DNA of 51,081 nucleotides from an uncultured Bacteroides sp. Lineage in GTDB: Bacteria; Bacteroidota; Bacteroidia; Bacteroidales; Bacteroidaceae. The translations under genes were made by a program, and so were the position numbers. The stretch is from contig CAZFXK010000004.1 in NCBI GenBank assembly GCA_964522975.1, positions 6,258-57,338 of the forward strand, read 5' to 3'. How positions within the stretch are numbered: position 1 is the first letter of the stretch; each line of letters begins with the position of its first letter. Below, one piece after another: positions 10,306-20,952 of this stretch. The notes beneath the pieces are model-generated. The model had not been told where the DNA came from, ran no database searches, and saw nothing but the letters and a program-made list of their open reading frames with translations.

Positions 10306-10833
10306 ATGATCTTAAATGAAAGAGAAATCAGACACAAACAGGTAATATCCATTGCTAAACAGATGATGACAGCTGCCAGAACTGCACCTAAAGCTCGTGG
10401 CATAGATATTATTGAAGTGATGGCCATTACTGATGAACATATAAAACAGTTATCGGAAGCGATGCTCGAAATATTAACAGATAAAGGTGAACGTCGTTTT
10501 GAAAGAGATGGAAACAATATTTTGCAGGCAGAATGCATTATTCTTATTGGAACTAAACTTAAGAAAATGGCTTTAGACTGTGGGTATTGTGGATATGACA
10601 CGTGTGCTGAAAAGAAGAAAGAGGTTCCTTGCACAATGAATAGCATTGATGTAGGAATTGCTGTTGGTTCAGCTTGTGCTACTGCAGCCGATTGTCGTGT
10701 AGATACACGCGTAATGTATTCGGCAGGTAAGATTGCACAAAAATTAGGTTGGTTAAAAGACTGCACCTCCGTAATTGCCATCCCCATAAGTGCCTCCAGT
10801 AAAAACCCCTTCTTTGATCGTCCCCAAAAATAA
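10306..10833 (+). CDS. Ferredoxin-domain / DUF2148 protein (nitroreductase-like fold)
   Basis: 'AARTAPKARG', 'DCGYCGYDTC', 'DVGIAVGSA', 'VDTRVMYSAG', 'KNPFFDR'. Confidence 0.8.
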   Translation: MILNEREIRHKQVISIAKQMMTAARTAPKARGIDIIEVMAITDEHIKQLSEAMLEILTDKGERRFERDGNNILQAECIILIGTKLKKMALDCGYCGYDTCAEKKKEVPCTMNSIDVGIAVGSACATAADCRVDTRVMYSAGKIAQKLGWLKDCTSVIAIPISASSKNPFFDRPQK

Positions 10834-11894
10834 TGAGTATGAAACAAGAACAACCTGTTCAAAAGGGTTCCAACCCTTTCTTTCCTGCAGAATGGCATCC
10901 CCAAAGTGGCATACTATTAACGTGGCCTCATAAAAACACATGTTGGAAGCCCATACTGAAAGAGGTAGAAGAGTGTTACGTTTCATTAGCAAAAGAAATA
11001 GCGAAAAGAGAACTTTTGCTGATAGTAACTCCTTATCCTGAAGAGGTGCAAGTAACGCTATCTAAAACAGAAATAAACATAGATAACATTCGTTTCTCTG
11101 AATGCAAAACAAATGATACTTGGGCTCGCGATCATGGCCCCATAACCATACTCAAAGGCGACAAACCTTGCCTTTTAGATTTTATGTTTAATGGATGGGG
11201 ATTAAAGTTTGCAGCTAACTGGGATAACTTAATAACTGAATGTTTATTTGAACGACGAGTCATAAATGGAGACTACACCAATTGCAGAAACTTTGTACTG
11301 GAAGGTGGTGCCATTGAAAGCGATGGTGAGGGAACGCTTTTAACTACTTCACACTGTTTGCTGGCCCCCAATCGAAACGACACATTAGGAAGACAAGCCA
11401 TTGAAGATTATCTGATGGATATATTCTATCTTAAACGAGTGCTTTGGTTGGATTATGGCCATTTGGAAGGGGATGATACCGATAACCATATTGACACCTT
11501 AGCCCGCTTTTGCAATCCCTCTACAATTGCTTATGTACAATGTACGGATAAAAATGACATCCATTATATGGTATTACAAAAGATGGAAGAACAATTAAAA
11601 ACCTTCAAACAATTAAATGGTAAACCATACCATCTTGTTCCTCTTCCCTTACCGGATGCCATTTACCATGAGGGATATCGACTTCCTGCAACGTATGCCA
11701 ACTTCCTGATTATGAATGAAGCGGTACTCTACCCTACATATAATCAGAAAGAAAACGACGCACAAGTAAAAAAGATTTTAGAGCAGATATTCCCTAATCA
11801 TGATATCATAGGAATTAATTGTTTGCCATTAATCATGGAACATGGTTCACTTCATTGTGCCACCATGCAATTCCCTCTGGGAGTTTTAGTCTAA
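10833..11894 (+). CDS. aguA: Agmatine deiminase
   Basis: 'PAEWHPQ', 'WARDHGP', 'FNGWG', 'EGGAIESDGEG', 'DTDNHID', 'GSLHCATMQ'; TAATG overlap with upstream gene. Confidence 0.92.
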   Translation: MSMKQEQPVQKGSNPFFPAEWHPQSGILLTWPHKNTCWKPILKEVEECYVSLAKEIAKRELLLIVTPYPEEVQVTLSKTEINIDNIRFSECKTNDTWARDHGPITILKGDKPCLLDFMFNGWGLKFAANWDNLITECLFERRVINGDYTNCRNFVLEGGAIESDGEGTLLTTSHCLLAPNRNDTLGRQAIEDYLMDIFYLKRVLWLDYGHLEGDDTDNHIDTLARFCNPSTIAYVQCTDKNDIHYMVLQKMEEQLKTFKQLNGKPYHLVPLPLPDAIYHEGYRLPATYANFLIMNEAVLYPTYNQKENDAQVKKILEQIFPNHDIIGINCLPLIMEHGSLHCATMQFPLGVLV

Positions 11895-11914
11895 ATAAAT
11901 AACAAATAAAAAGA

Positions 11915-12823
11915 ATGAAAACGTTACTTAATCATAAGCCAAAGAAAATAAAGGTAGGCATCGTTCAGCAAAGTAATACTGCTGATGTAGAAGAAAACCT
12001 TAAAAAAATAGCAAAAAACATCAAGGAATGTGCAGAAAATGGAGCCGAACTTGTAGTTCTGCAAGAGATTCACAATACGTTATATTTCTGTCAAGTAGAA
12101 GACACTGAAAACTTCAACTTTGCAGAACCTATTCCGGGTCCATCAACTCAATATTATTCTGAACTGGCTAAAGAACAAAAAATAGTACTAGTCACCTCAC
12201 TTTTTGAGCGCAGAGCTCCAGGACTATATCATAATACTTCGGTCGTCTTTGAAAAGGATGGAACCATTGCAGGCACTTACCGAAAAATGCATATACCTGA
12301 CGATCCGGCCTACTACGAAAAGTTTTATTTTACGCCCGGAGATTTAGGCTTTACTCCTATTGACACCTCATTAGGTAGATTAGGGGTATTGATTTGTTGG
12401 GATCAATGGTATCCTGAAGCAGCCAGATTAATGGCATTGAAAGGGGCTGACATATTAATTTATCCAACGGCAATTGGTTGGGAAAGCACAGATACACCGG
12501 AAGAAAAGCAACGTCAATTGGATGCTTGGGTCATAGCACAACGTGGACATGCTGTAGCAAACGGACTCCCTGTGATTTCAGTAAATCGTGTAGGACATGA
12601 ACCGGATCCATCCGGACAAACCAATGGTATTCAGTTTTGGGGTAACTCTTTCATCGTAGGCCCTCAAGGCGAATTTATTACAAAAGCAAGTAATGAAAAA
12701 GAAGAGAACAAAGTAGTGGAAATCGATATGGAACGTACAGAAAACGTTCGGCGTTGGTGGCCCTTCTTCCGCGACCGCAGAATTGATGCTTATAATGAAA
12801 TCACCAAACGATATATTGATTAA
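11915..12823 (+). CDS. aguB: N-carbamoylputrescine amidase (carbon-nitrogen hydrolase)
   Basis: Nitrilase triad 'LQE', 'YRKMHIPDDP..YEKFYFTPGD', 'ICWDQWYPE'; adjacent to agmatine deiminase. Confidence 0.9.
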   Translation: MKTLLNHKPKKIKVGIVQQSNTADVEENLKKIAKNIKECAENGAELVVLQEIHNTLYFCQVEDTENFNFAEPIPGPSTQYYSELAKEQKIVLVTSLFERRAPGLYHNTSVVFEKDGTIAGTYRKMHIPDDPAYYEKFYFTPGDLGFTPIDTSLGRLGVLICWDQWYPEAARLMALKGADILIYPTAIGWESTDTPEEKQRQLDAWVIAQRGHAVANGLPVISVNRVGHEPDPSGQTNGIQFWGNSFIVGPQGEFITKASNEKEENKVVEIDMERTENVRRWWPFFRDRRIDAYNEITKRYID

Positions 12824-12865
12824 AATCAAAAAGGAAAATTAGAAGTCATCTTCTCCATAAGAAAC

Positions 12866-12912
12866 AAAAAAGCCTTTATCCAAAGTTTATATTATTGGAA
12901 TAAAGGCTTTTT
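12866..12912. terminator. Bidirectional terminator
   Basis: AAAAAAGCCTTTATCCAA ... TTGGAATAAAGGCTTTTT between convergent genes. Confidence 0.8.
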
Positions 12913-12953
12913 CTGTTTTTACATCATTTCTTATGATGACTAATAATGAGCTA

Positions 12954-13337
12954 TCATTTAAATGTAATATTTCGATTAATAAGAAAATTGACTATTCCAT
13001 AAATAAATAGACCAAAGAATTGAGCAAGATATTCATTTACATGTAAGACTTCTACCAATAGGATTAAAAACACAAATTGTGCACTATAAGCCAAAGCTAC
13101 AGCCATAGAGAAGAGAAATATGCGCTTCCCTAAGGAATGTTCCCTAAATTGAGCAGGAAAAATCCAAAAACTCGACCACAAGAAATTATGGATTTGAGCA
13201 ATAAGATATCCCACCACATTGGATAGAAGATAATCACACTGAAAGAATTCCATCATCAAGAAAACAACTCCTGCTGTAATCAATGCATTAGCAGTTCCAA
13301 TAACAGCAAAACGAAGAATTCTTGTAGATTCTTTCAT
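12954..13337 (-). CDS. GtrA family membrane protein
   Basis: 127 aa, 4 TM; 'LRFAVIG', 'SNVVGY', 'NFLWSSFWIF', 'NFLINRNITF'. Confidence 0.85.
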   Translation of the reverse strand: MKESTRILRFAVIGTANALITAGVVFLMMEFFQCDYLLSNVVGYLIAQIHNFLWSSFWIFPAQFREHSLGKRIFLFSMAVALAYSAQFVFLILLVEVLHVNEYLAQFFGLFIYGIVNFLINRNITFK

Positions 13338-15103
13338 TACTCAGATAATTCTTGGGTATCTATTACTTTAAGACGTAATTCATCCAACTGTTTCTGATCT
13401 ATCGGCGCAGGTGCATCCATCATTGTATCCCTTCCGGATGTATTCTTAGGAAAGGCAATACAATCTCTAATGGAATCTAAACCTGCAAATAAAGATACCC
13501 AACGATCTAACCCGTAGGCTATTCCACCATGAGGGGGTGCTCCATAGGTAAAGGCTTTCATTAAAAAACCAAATTGCTCTTCTGCTTTCTCGGGTGTAAA
13601 ACCTAACAACTTAAACATCTGTTGCTGTAGTTCATTATCATGAATACGGATAGATCCTCCACCCACTTCTACACCGTTGATAACCATATCATAAGCATTA
13701 GCCCGTACTTTACCCGGCTCTGTCTCTAATAAGGCAATATCTTCTTTTTTAGGAGAGGTAAAAGGATGATGAACAGCAACAAAGCGATTTTCCTCCTCGT
13801 CCCACTCAAATAGCGGGAAATCAACAACCCATAAACAAGAGAATTTGTTTTTATCGCGTAATCCTAATTGTCTGGCCACTTCCAATCGTAAAGCAGAAAG
13901 CTGTTTACGAGTTTTCATTATGTTATCTCCCGATAAAATTAAGATTAAATCACCGGGTTGAGCATTAAGAGCCTCCTTCATTACTTGGAGAGTCTCTTGT
14001 TCATAAAATTTATCTACACTTGATTTCACAGAACCATCGACTTGTACCCTGGCATAAACCATTCCTTTAGCTCCTATCTGTGGAGTACGAACGTAATCGG
14101 TTAAAGCATCCAACTGTTTCCGTGTATAAATAGCTGCACCTTTAACACAGATACCACCAACATAAGCAGCTTCATCAAAAACCTTAAATCCATGTCCTTG
14201 TAGAATATCCATTAATTCCACAAACTTCATATCAAAACGAGTATCAGGCTTATCGCTACCATAATATTTCATGGCATCAGCCCAAGTCATTCTAGGGAAA
14301 TCCTCTAAATCAACAGCTAAGATTTTCTTAAATAAATGTTTTGTCATTCCTTCAAAAAGAGACAGTATATCTTCTTGAGTAACAAAACTCATCTCGCAAT
14401 CTATTTGAGTAAATTCAGGCTGCCGATCAGCACGCAAATCCTCATCACGGAAACATTTAACAATTTGAAAGTATCGATCTATTCCGGAAACCATAAGTAA
14501 CTGCTTCAAGGTTTGAGGAGACTGAGGCAAAGCATAGAATTCTCCGGGATTCATACGAGAAGGAACCACAAAATCTCGTGCACCTTCGGGTGTAGATCCA
14601 ATTAGCATGGGAGTCTCGACTTCCATAAATCCTAAACCATCAAGATACTTGCGAACCTCCATGGTTACCTGATGACGAAGTTCTAAATTCTTACGTACTC
14701 CATTACGCCTTAAATCCAAATAACGGAATTTCATTCTCAAATCATCTCCTCCGTCGGTTTGATCCTCAATGGTGAAAGGAGGTGTTTCCGAACGATTCAA
14801 CACAGTTAACTCTGTAACCGTAATTTCAATATCTCCGGTTGGTAAATCTTTATTTTTGCTGGAACGTTCATTCACCCTTCCTTTAACTTGTATAACAAAC
14901 TCACGTCCCAGTTTATTGGCTTTATGAAAAAGATCTTCATCAACCTCCTCATTAAAAACAAGTTGAGTTATACCATAACGATCGCGTACATCTACAAAAG
15001 TCATTCCACCCAGCTTACGAACTCTCTGAATCCATCCTGCAAGGACAACATTTTCATCAATATGAGAACTTCTAAGCTCTCCACATGTATGTGTTCTATA
15101 CAT
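13337..15103 (-). CDS. aspS: Aspartate--tRNA ligase
   Basis: '[11 protein letters not shown]', 'RYLDLRR', 'TPEGARDF', 'LPQSPQ', '[10 protein letters not shown]', 'GAPPHGG'. Confidence 0.98.
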   Translation of the reverse strand: MYRTHTCGELRSSHIDENVVLAGWIQRVRKLGGMTFVDVRDRYGITQLVFNEEVDEDLFHKANKLGREFVIQVKGRVNERSSKNKDLPTGDIEITVTELTVLNRSETPPFTIEDQTDGGDDLRMKFRYLDLRRNGVRKNLELRHQVTMEVRKYLDGLGFMEVETPMLIGSTPEGARDFVVPSRMNPGEFYALPQSPQTLKQLLMVSGIDRYFQIVKCFRDEDLRADRQPEFTQIDCEMSFVTQEDILSLFEGMTKHLFKKILAVDLEDFPRMTWADAMKYYGSDKPDTRFDMKFVELMDILQGHGFKVFDEAAYVGGICVKGAAIYTRKQLDALTDYVRTPQIGAKGMVYARVQVDGSVKSSVDKFYEQETLQVMKEALNAQPGDLILILSGDNIMKTRKQLSALRLEVARQLGLRDKNKFSCLWVVDFPLFEWDEEENRFVAVHHPFTSPKKEDIALLETEPGKVRANAYDMVINGVEVGGGSIRIHDNELQQQMFKLLGFTPEKAEEQFGFLMKAFTYGAPPHGGIAYGLDRWVSLFAGLDSIRDCIAFPKNTSGRDTMMDAPAPIDQKQLDELRLKVIDTQELSE

Positions 15104-15132
15104 AATTTAGTTGTATATAATAATTTATGATT

Positions 15133-16026
15133 TTATCGTTTAAGTATTTTAGGAACCAATACTTTTAACCCTTTCTCTACAGCTTCTATTTTTAGTTCTT
15201 TTTCTTTCCCCATTGGATCACCATCGAAATGGGTATCTGTTTCTTCAAAACAACGAATGGTTAATTCCTTACATTTAAAAGATTTGACCTTACTGTGTTT
15301 GTTTATTGTGCCATTGAACAGATGGAATGCAACCTGAGGGATTTCAAATAAACTCATTTGCTTTAACACCGTAACATCAAGAACCCCATCTTTAACCGAA
15401 GCTAAAGGCGTGATGTAAGCATTATTTCCATATTGTGAAGCATTGCCACAGGTTATTAAATAGGCCTCAATCTCATCGCAATGTCCATCTACACAAATCT
15501 CATATAAACGGGGTTTATAACGTAATCCTTCTTGCAATGCTTTCTCAACATAAGTCAACATACCTCTTTTACTGGCCTCAGCAAATTTCAAGCTCACAAA
15601 AGCGTCAAATCCTATACCGCAAGTACAAAAAAACGGTTTTCCATTCACTTTACCATAATCTATCACATCAACGACTCCCTTCTCCAAGAGATTTAGAGCT
15701 TCTTTAGCATCTAAAGGAATTTCAAGATGACGCGCTAACCCGTTCCCCGATCCGGAAGGAATGATAGCCAAGGCTGTATCTGTATGTATAAGCGAACAAG
15801 CTACTTCATTTACTGTACCATCCCCACCTATTGCAACAACAACATCTACCCCTTCATTTGCTTTTTCTTTTGCCAGCTCAGAAGCGTGTCCCGGATGTTC
15901 CGTCTGAATAATCTCCCAATCAAACTTTGATGCTTTCTTCAATTGTTTTTTAACAAAACGATCTAAAGATGATTTGTTATTAGTACCTGAAATAGGGTTC
16001 AATATGAATGTAACTCTCTTTCTCAT
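15133..16026 (-). CDS. Diacylglycerol/sphingoid lipid kinase (YegS/DgkB family)
   Basis: 'ILNPISG', 'GGDGTVNE', 'IPSGSGNGLAR', 'GIGFDA', 'HFDGD'. Confidence 0.9.
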   Translation of the reverse strand: MRKRVTFILNPISGTNNKSSLDRFVKKQLKKASKFDWEIIQTEHPGHASELAKEKANEGVDVVVAIGGDGTVNEVACSLIHTDTALAIIPSGSGNGLARHLEIPLDAKEALNLLEKGVVDVIDYGKVNGKPFFCTCGIGFDAFVSLKFAEASKRGMLTYVEKALQEGLRYKPRLYEICVDGHCDEIEAYLITCGNASQYGNNAYITPLASVKDGVLDVTVLKQMSLFEIPQVAFHLFNGTINKHSKVKSFKCKELTIRCFEETDTHFDGDPMGKEKELKIEAVEKGLKVLVPKILKR

Positions 16027-16092
16027 TCTATTTTGTGCATTTCTATGCTCAGTAATATCTTAATAAATAACAATTCAACTGATGATATTCGG

Positions 16093-16203
16093 CAAAAATA
16101 GTATAAATAAATGAATATGGAGTTATGTAAATTATTGCATTCTAAAGAATTCCTGTTTTTTACACTAAAAATCTGTTTAACATTACTTTATTTATTATCT
16201 TTG
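16093..16203. promoter_or_regulatory. Divergent Bacteroides sigmaA -7 boxes (kinase operon / spt)
   Basis: TAttTTTG on minus strand (16093-16100) and TAtcTTTG on plus strand (16196-16203). Confidence 0.55.
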
Positions 16204-16325
16204 CAGCCTGTTTTAATCTGAACGCTATTATTTGCTTGATTAAAAGTGAGAATAACAGGGACTAATTCAGCATAATTTAGATAATAAATAATACCAATTC
16301 AGTAACATATTATTGATTTACTACC

Positions 16326-17510
16326 ATGGGATTGTTACAACAAAAACTCGCAAAATATGACACGCCTCAACGCGTGAAAAAACTTGGCCTTTATCCTTAC
16401 TTTAGATGTATTGAAAGCGAACAAGACACCGAAGTCTTAATTAATGGAAAAAAGGTGCTTATGTTCGGATCCAACTCTTATTTAGGACTAACAAATGACC
16501 CACGCGTCATTGAAGCAGCAGTAAATGCAACAAAAAAGTACGGAACAGGATGTGCCGGTTCCCGGTTCTTAAATGGTACTCTTGACCTACACGTTCAACT
16601 AGAAAAAGAATTAGCCGAATTTGTTGGTAAAGAAGATGCCATTGTTTATTCTACCGGTTTTCAAGTTAATTTAGGGGTTGTATCTTGCGTAACAGGAAGA
16701 GATGACCACATTATTTGTGATGAATTAGACCATGCCTCCATTGTGGAAGGACGCCGACTTTCTTTCTCCACTGCTTCCAAGTTTCGCCATAATGATATGG
16801 AAGACTTAGAAAAGGAATTAAAAAAATGTCGTCCGGATGCAATTAAGCTCATTATTGTAGATGGGGTATTTAGTATGGAGGGCGACATTGCCAACTTACC
16901 TGAAATTGTACGTTTATCTAAAAAGTACAATGCAAGTATTATGGTTGATGAAGCACATGGACTGGGTGTTCTAGGTAACCAAGGAAGAGGTACTTGTGAT
17001 CATTTTGGAGTGTCAAAGGATATTGATCTTATTATGGGTACATTCAGTAAATCTCTTGCTTCCATTGGAGGGTTTATTGCAGCCAGTGAAGATATTATAA
17101 ATTATTTACGACACAACTCACGTTCATATATCTTCAGTGCGAGCAACACGCCTGCAGCTACAGCAGCAGCCCGTGAAGCTTTACATATAATGAAGACCGA
17201 ACCTGAACGCATTGCCCATTTATGGGATCTAACGAATTATTCTCTTAAATGCTTTAGAGAATTGGGCTTTGAAATAGGAAATACCTCTACTCCCATTATC
17301 CCTCTTTATGTGCGTGATATGGAAAAAACCTTTATGGTAACCAAGATGTTACATAATGAAGGAGTATTTGTTAATCCGGTGGTGCCTCCTGCATGCTCAC
17401 CTAACGACACATTAATTCGCTTTTCATTAATGGCTACACACACCAAAGAACAAATTGATTTTGCAGTTGAAAAATTAACTAAATGCTTTAAAGCTTTAGA
17501 TTTGCTATAA
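16326..17510 (+). CDS. spt: Serine palmitoyltransferase (alpha-oxoamine synthase)
   Basis: 'FGSNSYLGL', '[13 protein letters not shown]', 'DHASI', 'DEAH', PLP lysine 'GTFSKS'; the N-terminus and the adjacent lipid kinase/aspS resemble Bacteroides spt loci as I recall them. Confidence 0.85.
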   Translation: MGLLQQKLAKYDTPQRVKKLGLYPYFRCIESEQDTEVLINGKKVLMFGSNSYLGLTNDPRVIEAAVNATKKYGTGCAGSRFLNGTLDLHVQLEKELAEFVGKEDAIVYSTGFQVNLGVVSCVTGRDDHIICDELDHASIVEGRRLSFSTASKFRHNDMEDLEKELKKCRPDAIKLIIVDGVFSMEGDIANLPEIVRLSKKYNASIMVDEAHGLGVLGNQGRGTCDHFGVSKDIDLIMGTFSKSLASIGGFIAASEDIINYLRHNSRSYIFSASNTPAATAAAREALHIMKTEPERIAHLWDLTNYSLKCFRELGFEIGNTSTPIIPLYVRDMEKTFMVTKMLHNEGVFVNPVVPPACSPNDTLIRFSLMATHTKEQIDFAVEKLTKCFKALDLL

Positions 17511-17534
17511 TAAAGTAATACAAAAAGAATTAAC

Positions 17535-17578
17535 AAGAAAGCCTAGGTGTGAGTTTTAAGTTACACTTAGGCTTTCTT
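17535..17578 (+). terminator. Terminator after spt
   Basis: AAGAAAGCCTAGGTGTGA / TTACACTTAGGCTTTCTT hairpin followed by a T-rich tract. Confidence 0.8.
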
Positions 17579-17690
17579 CTTTTACACCACAAGGATACCC
17601 TTTTTATTGCTACATAAGTAAAAAATTTCTATTTTTGTAATTCATGCTTTTTCAGATAAGCATTTAAAAATTAAACTAATAATACAGATT

Positions 17691-18059
17691 ATGATTATTG
17701 CAGTTCCTACAAGAGACGATCGGGTAGACGATCATTTTGGACATTGTGCGTATTACACTCTTTTTACCATTAAAGATAATAAAATTATAAAAACCTATCG
17801 CATGGACTCGCCTGAAGGCTGTGGTTGTAAATCCGGAATAGCCCCTATATTACAAGAAATGGGAGTAAACCTTATGTTGGCTGGTAATATGGGAGAAGGT
17901 GCAAAAAATGTCCTTGAAAAAAATAACATTGAAGTGATAAGAGGATGCTCCGGAGATGTTAATGAGTTAATCCAATCTTATTTAGATGGAAAAATATCAG
18001 ACTCAGGAGAAGGTTGTACTTCACATTCTGAAGAGCATGTTTGCTCTCATAATCACTGA
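17691..18059 (+). CDS. NifB/NifX-family (FeMo-cofactor-binding-like) protein
   Basis: 'IAVPT..VDDHFGHC', 'GCGCKS', 'AGNMGEGA', Cys/His-rich tail. Confidence 0.85.
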   Translation: MIIAVPTRDDRVDDHFGHCAYYTLFTIKDNKIIKTYRMDSPEGCGCKSGIAPILQEMGVNLMLAGNMGEGAKNVLEKNNIEVIRGCSGDVNELIQSYLDGKISDSGEGCTSHSEEHVCSHNH

Positions 18060-18081
18060 TTGTAGACAGAAGTTCAATACA

Positions 18082-18125
18082 ATAAAAAAGCCCATACTTG
18101 TAAATATCAAGTGTGGGCTTTTTAT
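18082..18125. terminator. Bidirectional terminator
   Basis: ATAAAAAAGCCCATACTTG ... CAAGTGTGGGCTTTTTAT between convergent genes. Confidence 0.8.
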
Positions 18126-18143
18126 ATTGTCAGGCATTAATCT

Positions 18144-18887
18144 CTATTTAAGCCATGTTTCAACCAATGAAAGCATTTCATTATGGTACAAAAAATCCTC
18201 CTTCATACCCCACGCATGTCCTCCTGTAGGGAAAATATACAAAGATGCAGAGACATTATGTTCCTTCAACTTGGTATAATAGGCAACCCCGTTGAGAGGT
18301 GAAACTATGGCATCATCGTTACATGCCATAATCATACATTTTGGAGTAGTGGAAGAGACGTGTTTTTCAGATGAATAATAATCAAGATCTTCTTGAGCAG
18401 GATTTTTTCCTAAAAGCTTTTCCCTACATGGCTTATGTGTCAAGGCTTCAGTCATGCTAACTACCGAATAGAAAAGCATGGTAAAATCTAATTTGGATTC
18501 TTTTTCCTCTCTTACAGCTAATAATGTAACGGCATGTCCTCCAATAGAAAAACCGGCTGCACCAATATTGCTACTATCTATATTCCATTCCGCAGCTTTT
18601 TCTCTTACTATTCTTACTGCCTGTCTCAAATCTTTTTCGGTAATAGATTTATCGCCATGAGGCAGACGATAGTTTAATACAATTCCTGCAACCCCGATTG
18701 AATTTAGCCATTGAGCAAACTGGTGTCCTTCGTGATCCAGATTGACCTGATTAAATCCTCCGCCACCACATATTACAATTGCTTTTGTTGGTTGTTCAAC
18801 TCCTTTTGGCAAATGTACATATATTTCAGGTACAACTTCTGACTCTTTTTGTTTATCATATAGGGGCAATGTTATATATGTATACAT
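18144..18887 (-). CDS. Alpha/beta hydrolase (esterase)
   Basis: 'CGGGGF' oxyanion motif, nucleophile 'GFSIGG', 'DDAIV', 'GGHAWG'. Confidence 0.85.
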   Translation of the reverse strand: MYTYITLPLYDKQKESEVVPEIYVHLPKGVEQPTKAIVICGGGGFNQVNLDHEGHQFAQWLNSIGVAGIVLNYRLPHGDKSITEKDLRQAVRIVREKAAEWNIDSSNIGAAGFSIGGHAVTLLAVREEKESKLDFTMLFYSVVSMTEALTHKPCREKLLGKNPAQEDLDYYSSEKHVSSTTPKCMIMACNDDAIVSPLNGVAYYTKLKEHNVSASLYIFPTGGHAWGMKEDFLYHNEMLSLVETWLK

Positions 18888-18890
18888 ATT

Positions 18891-19889
18891 CTATAGGTTA
18901 GTATTGATGGATTTCCATTGATCGATTGCCGGAATAACTCCTGCTTGAATAAGACTATCTCTCAAATCACAAAGATGTTTGTAACTTTGATAAAGCTCCT
19001 CTTCTTCTTTTTCTGTTCCTTTAATATCTTTATAATGTACTCCGGTAGCATCAAGTGTTGTATCCATAGCCATCATGATATGGTCGAATTTATCATTGGA
19101 AACATAACACCCTACCGGCCAATCGAATTCATCGCCACCCATAGCAGCACGAATCATCTCTAAAGACAAATACGAAGGACTTTGGAATGAAGAACGGCCT
19201 CTAAGTTCAATGATATTTTTACCTCCTTGAATTACGCGCACTTTTAATGCTTCCCATTGTTCATGACTAAGAGCTGATGTACCAATCAAGTCATTTAGGG
19301 GTTTACCATCTACTGTTGTTGTTGATGAAAAAACAGCCATCTGTTCGCCGTGACCACCATAAGTCCTGCATTTAATAATTTTATCCGGATGTATATTAAA
19401 ATGCTTGGCCAATTCATTTCTTAATCTAGTACTGTCCAATGCAGCTAGTGTAGTTACCTGAGTTGGTTTAAGTCCGGAATACAGCAGAGTCAGTAATCCC
19501 GTAATATCGGCAGGATTAAATATGACCACTACATGTTTTACATCAGGGCAGTAATTTTGAATGTCTTTACCAAATTGAATGGCTATTTCTGCATTTCCTT
19601 TAAGCAAGTCTTCTCTCGTCATACCTTCTTTGCGAGGTGCACCTCCTGACGATAGAATGTATTTACTTCCTTTCAAAGCCTCCTTAATATCTGAGGTGTA
19701 AGTAATATTCATCCCTTTGAACCCACATTGAAGAAGTTCTTCGGCTACACCTTCCAAACCTTTGGCATAAGGGTCGTAAAGACAAATGTTATTGGATAAT
19801 CCCATAAGGATTGCAGACTGTGCCATATTGGAGCCAATCATTCCTGCAGCACCAACGATTGTTAATTTTTCTGATGTGTAAGTTCGCAT
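18891..19889 (-). CDS. mdh: Malate dehydrogenase (LDH/MDH family)
   Basis: 'IVGAAGMIG', 'GAPRKEGMTREDLL', 'FNPAD', 'LDSTR', 'GGHGE'. Confidence 0.88.
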   Translation of the reverse strand: MRTYTSEKLTIVGAAGMIGSNMAQSAILMGLSNNICLYDPYAKGLEGVAEELLQCGFKGMNITYTSDIKEALKGSKYILSSGGAPRKEGMTREDLLKGNAEIAIQFGKDIQNYCPDVKHVVVIFNPADITGLLTLLYSGLKPTQVTTLAALDSTRLRNELAKHFNIHPDKIIKCRTYGGHGEQMAVFSSTTTVDGKPLNDLIGTSALSHEQWEALKVRVIQGGKNIIELRGRSSFQSPSYLSLEMIRAAMGGDEFDWPVGCYVSNDKFDHIMMAMDTTLDATGVHYKDIKGTEKEEEELYQSYKHLCDLRDSLIQAGVIPAIDQWKSINTNL

Positions 19890-20049
19890 ACTTTATAATT
19901 TTATTTGTTTTCTAAAATTACACAATATAGAAGACATATCAAGGTTAAATAAAGTTATATATACATACACAAAGTGCAACGATTAAACATGGCACGCAAG
20001 TTAATGGCGGTTTAATGTACCACAGGCCCTATTTATTTGTTTTTTCAGC

Positions 20050-20126
20050 GGTCTGGGTTCCAACAACCTTATAACCCAGACCGAAGGGGCTTCTCTCCCA
20101 GACCGATCACCCTTTGGTCTGGGACC
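20050..20126. repeat. 4 x 22-bp lattice array, copy 2 (R-F-F-R)
   Basis: Cores GGTCTGGGTTC (20050), TAACCCAGACC (20072), TCTCCCAGACC (20094), GGTCTGGGACC (20116); 11-bp spacers. Confidence 0.9.
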
Positions 20127-20313
20127 TTTAGAATGCAACCGCTATTGGGAGTAATTTACCGTCAGCATTTACCCTAAATATTTTTCTAAGAATTTTATTT
20201 TATGAAATGTAATTTTTGAATCTGTTTTTTGTTTTAATTATGAAGTTTTTCTAAATTTAGATGAATTAGATTATAGATGAGAATGGAAAAGAGCAATTAA
20301 AGAATAGAGAAGA

Positions 20314-20769
20314 ATGAAACACATATTCTACCCTGATAAATTAGTTATTATTATTACTCTATTATGTATAGTAGCTATAATTTCCATGGTACGCTACCTC
20401 TTTCTTTCTAAGAACATTTATTCTCAAAATCCAACTTTTTTAGTGGTTTGCCTTATTTTGTTTTTTATATTTAAATTGCCATTATGGGTAAGAGTTGAAA
20501 AAGACACCATACAAGTAAAGCAATTAATAGGTTCTATAAAAATTACAAACATCGAAACCATTAGTAAATTCAATAAAAAAGATTTGAATAAAACAATCCG
20601 GACTTTTGGAAATGGAGGGCTTGGAGGATATGTGGGTTATTTTAGGAATCCCGATATAGGCAAATTCTATATGGCAGCAATTAATAGGAATGAATTAGCT
20701 AAAATAACCACAAAAGAGGGAAAAACTTATGTAATTAATTATCCTAGCAGTTTATTGAAGGTAAATTAG
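20314..20769 (+). CDS. Bacterial PH-domain membrane protein
   Basis: 2 N-terminal TM segments then 'IRTFGNGGLGGYVGYF...GKFY...KTYVIN' typical of bPH-type proteins; very AT-rich. Confidence 0.75.
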   Translation: MKHIFYPDKLVIIITLLCIVAIISMVRYLFLSKNIYSQNPTFLVVCLILFFIFKLPLWVRVEKDTIQVKQLIGSIKITNIETISKFNKKDLNKTIRTFGNGGLGGYVGYFRNPDIGKFYMAAINRNELAKITTKEGKTYVINYPSSLLKVN

Positions 20770-20952
20770 TACTGTTTAGTTTTAATTTTTTTATTGCGAC
20801 ATTAATCCCATTAACCCTATTTTACTTCTTAAATCAAGTATATTTAGGATTTTCATATGCGGTTTTCCATATCCTTAAAAACTCGGCACAAAGTAAAAGC
20901 AGGACTAAGGTTGTTTTTACTGAATAACAGATCTTTTTAGACTCTCTATTTT

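Noticed and set aside
10281-10904. 207-aa minus-strand ORF
   Set aside because: Antisense shadow of the DUF2148 gene; no recognisable motif
17691-18059. NifB/NifX protein as evidence of nitrogen fixation
   Set aside because: Stand-alone members are widespread in anaerobes and no nif genes are present
19990-20004. TGGCACG sigma54-like -24 box upstream of array copy 2
   Set aside because: The -12 position reads TTAA instead of TTGC
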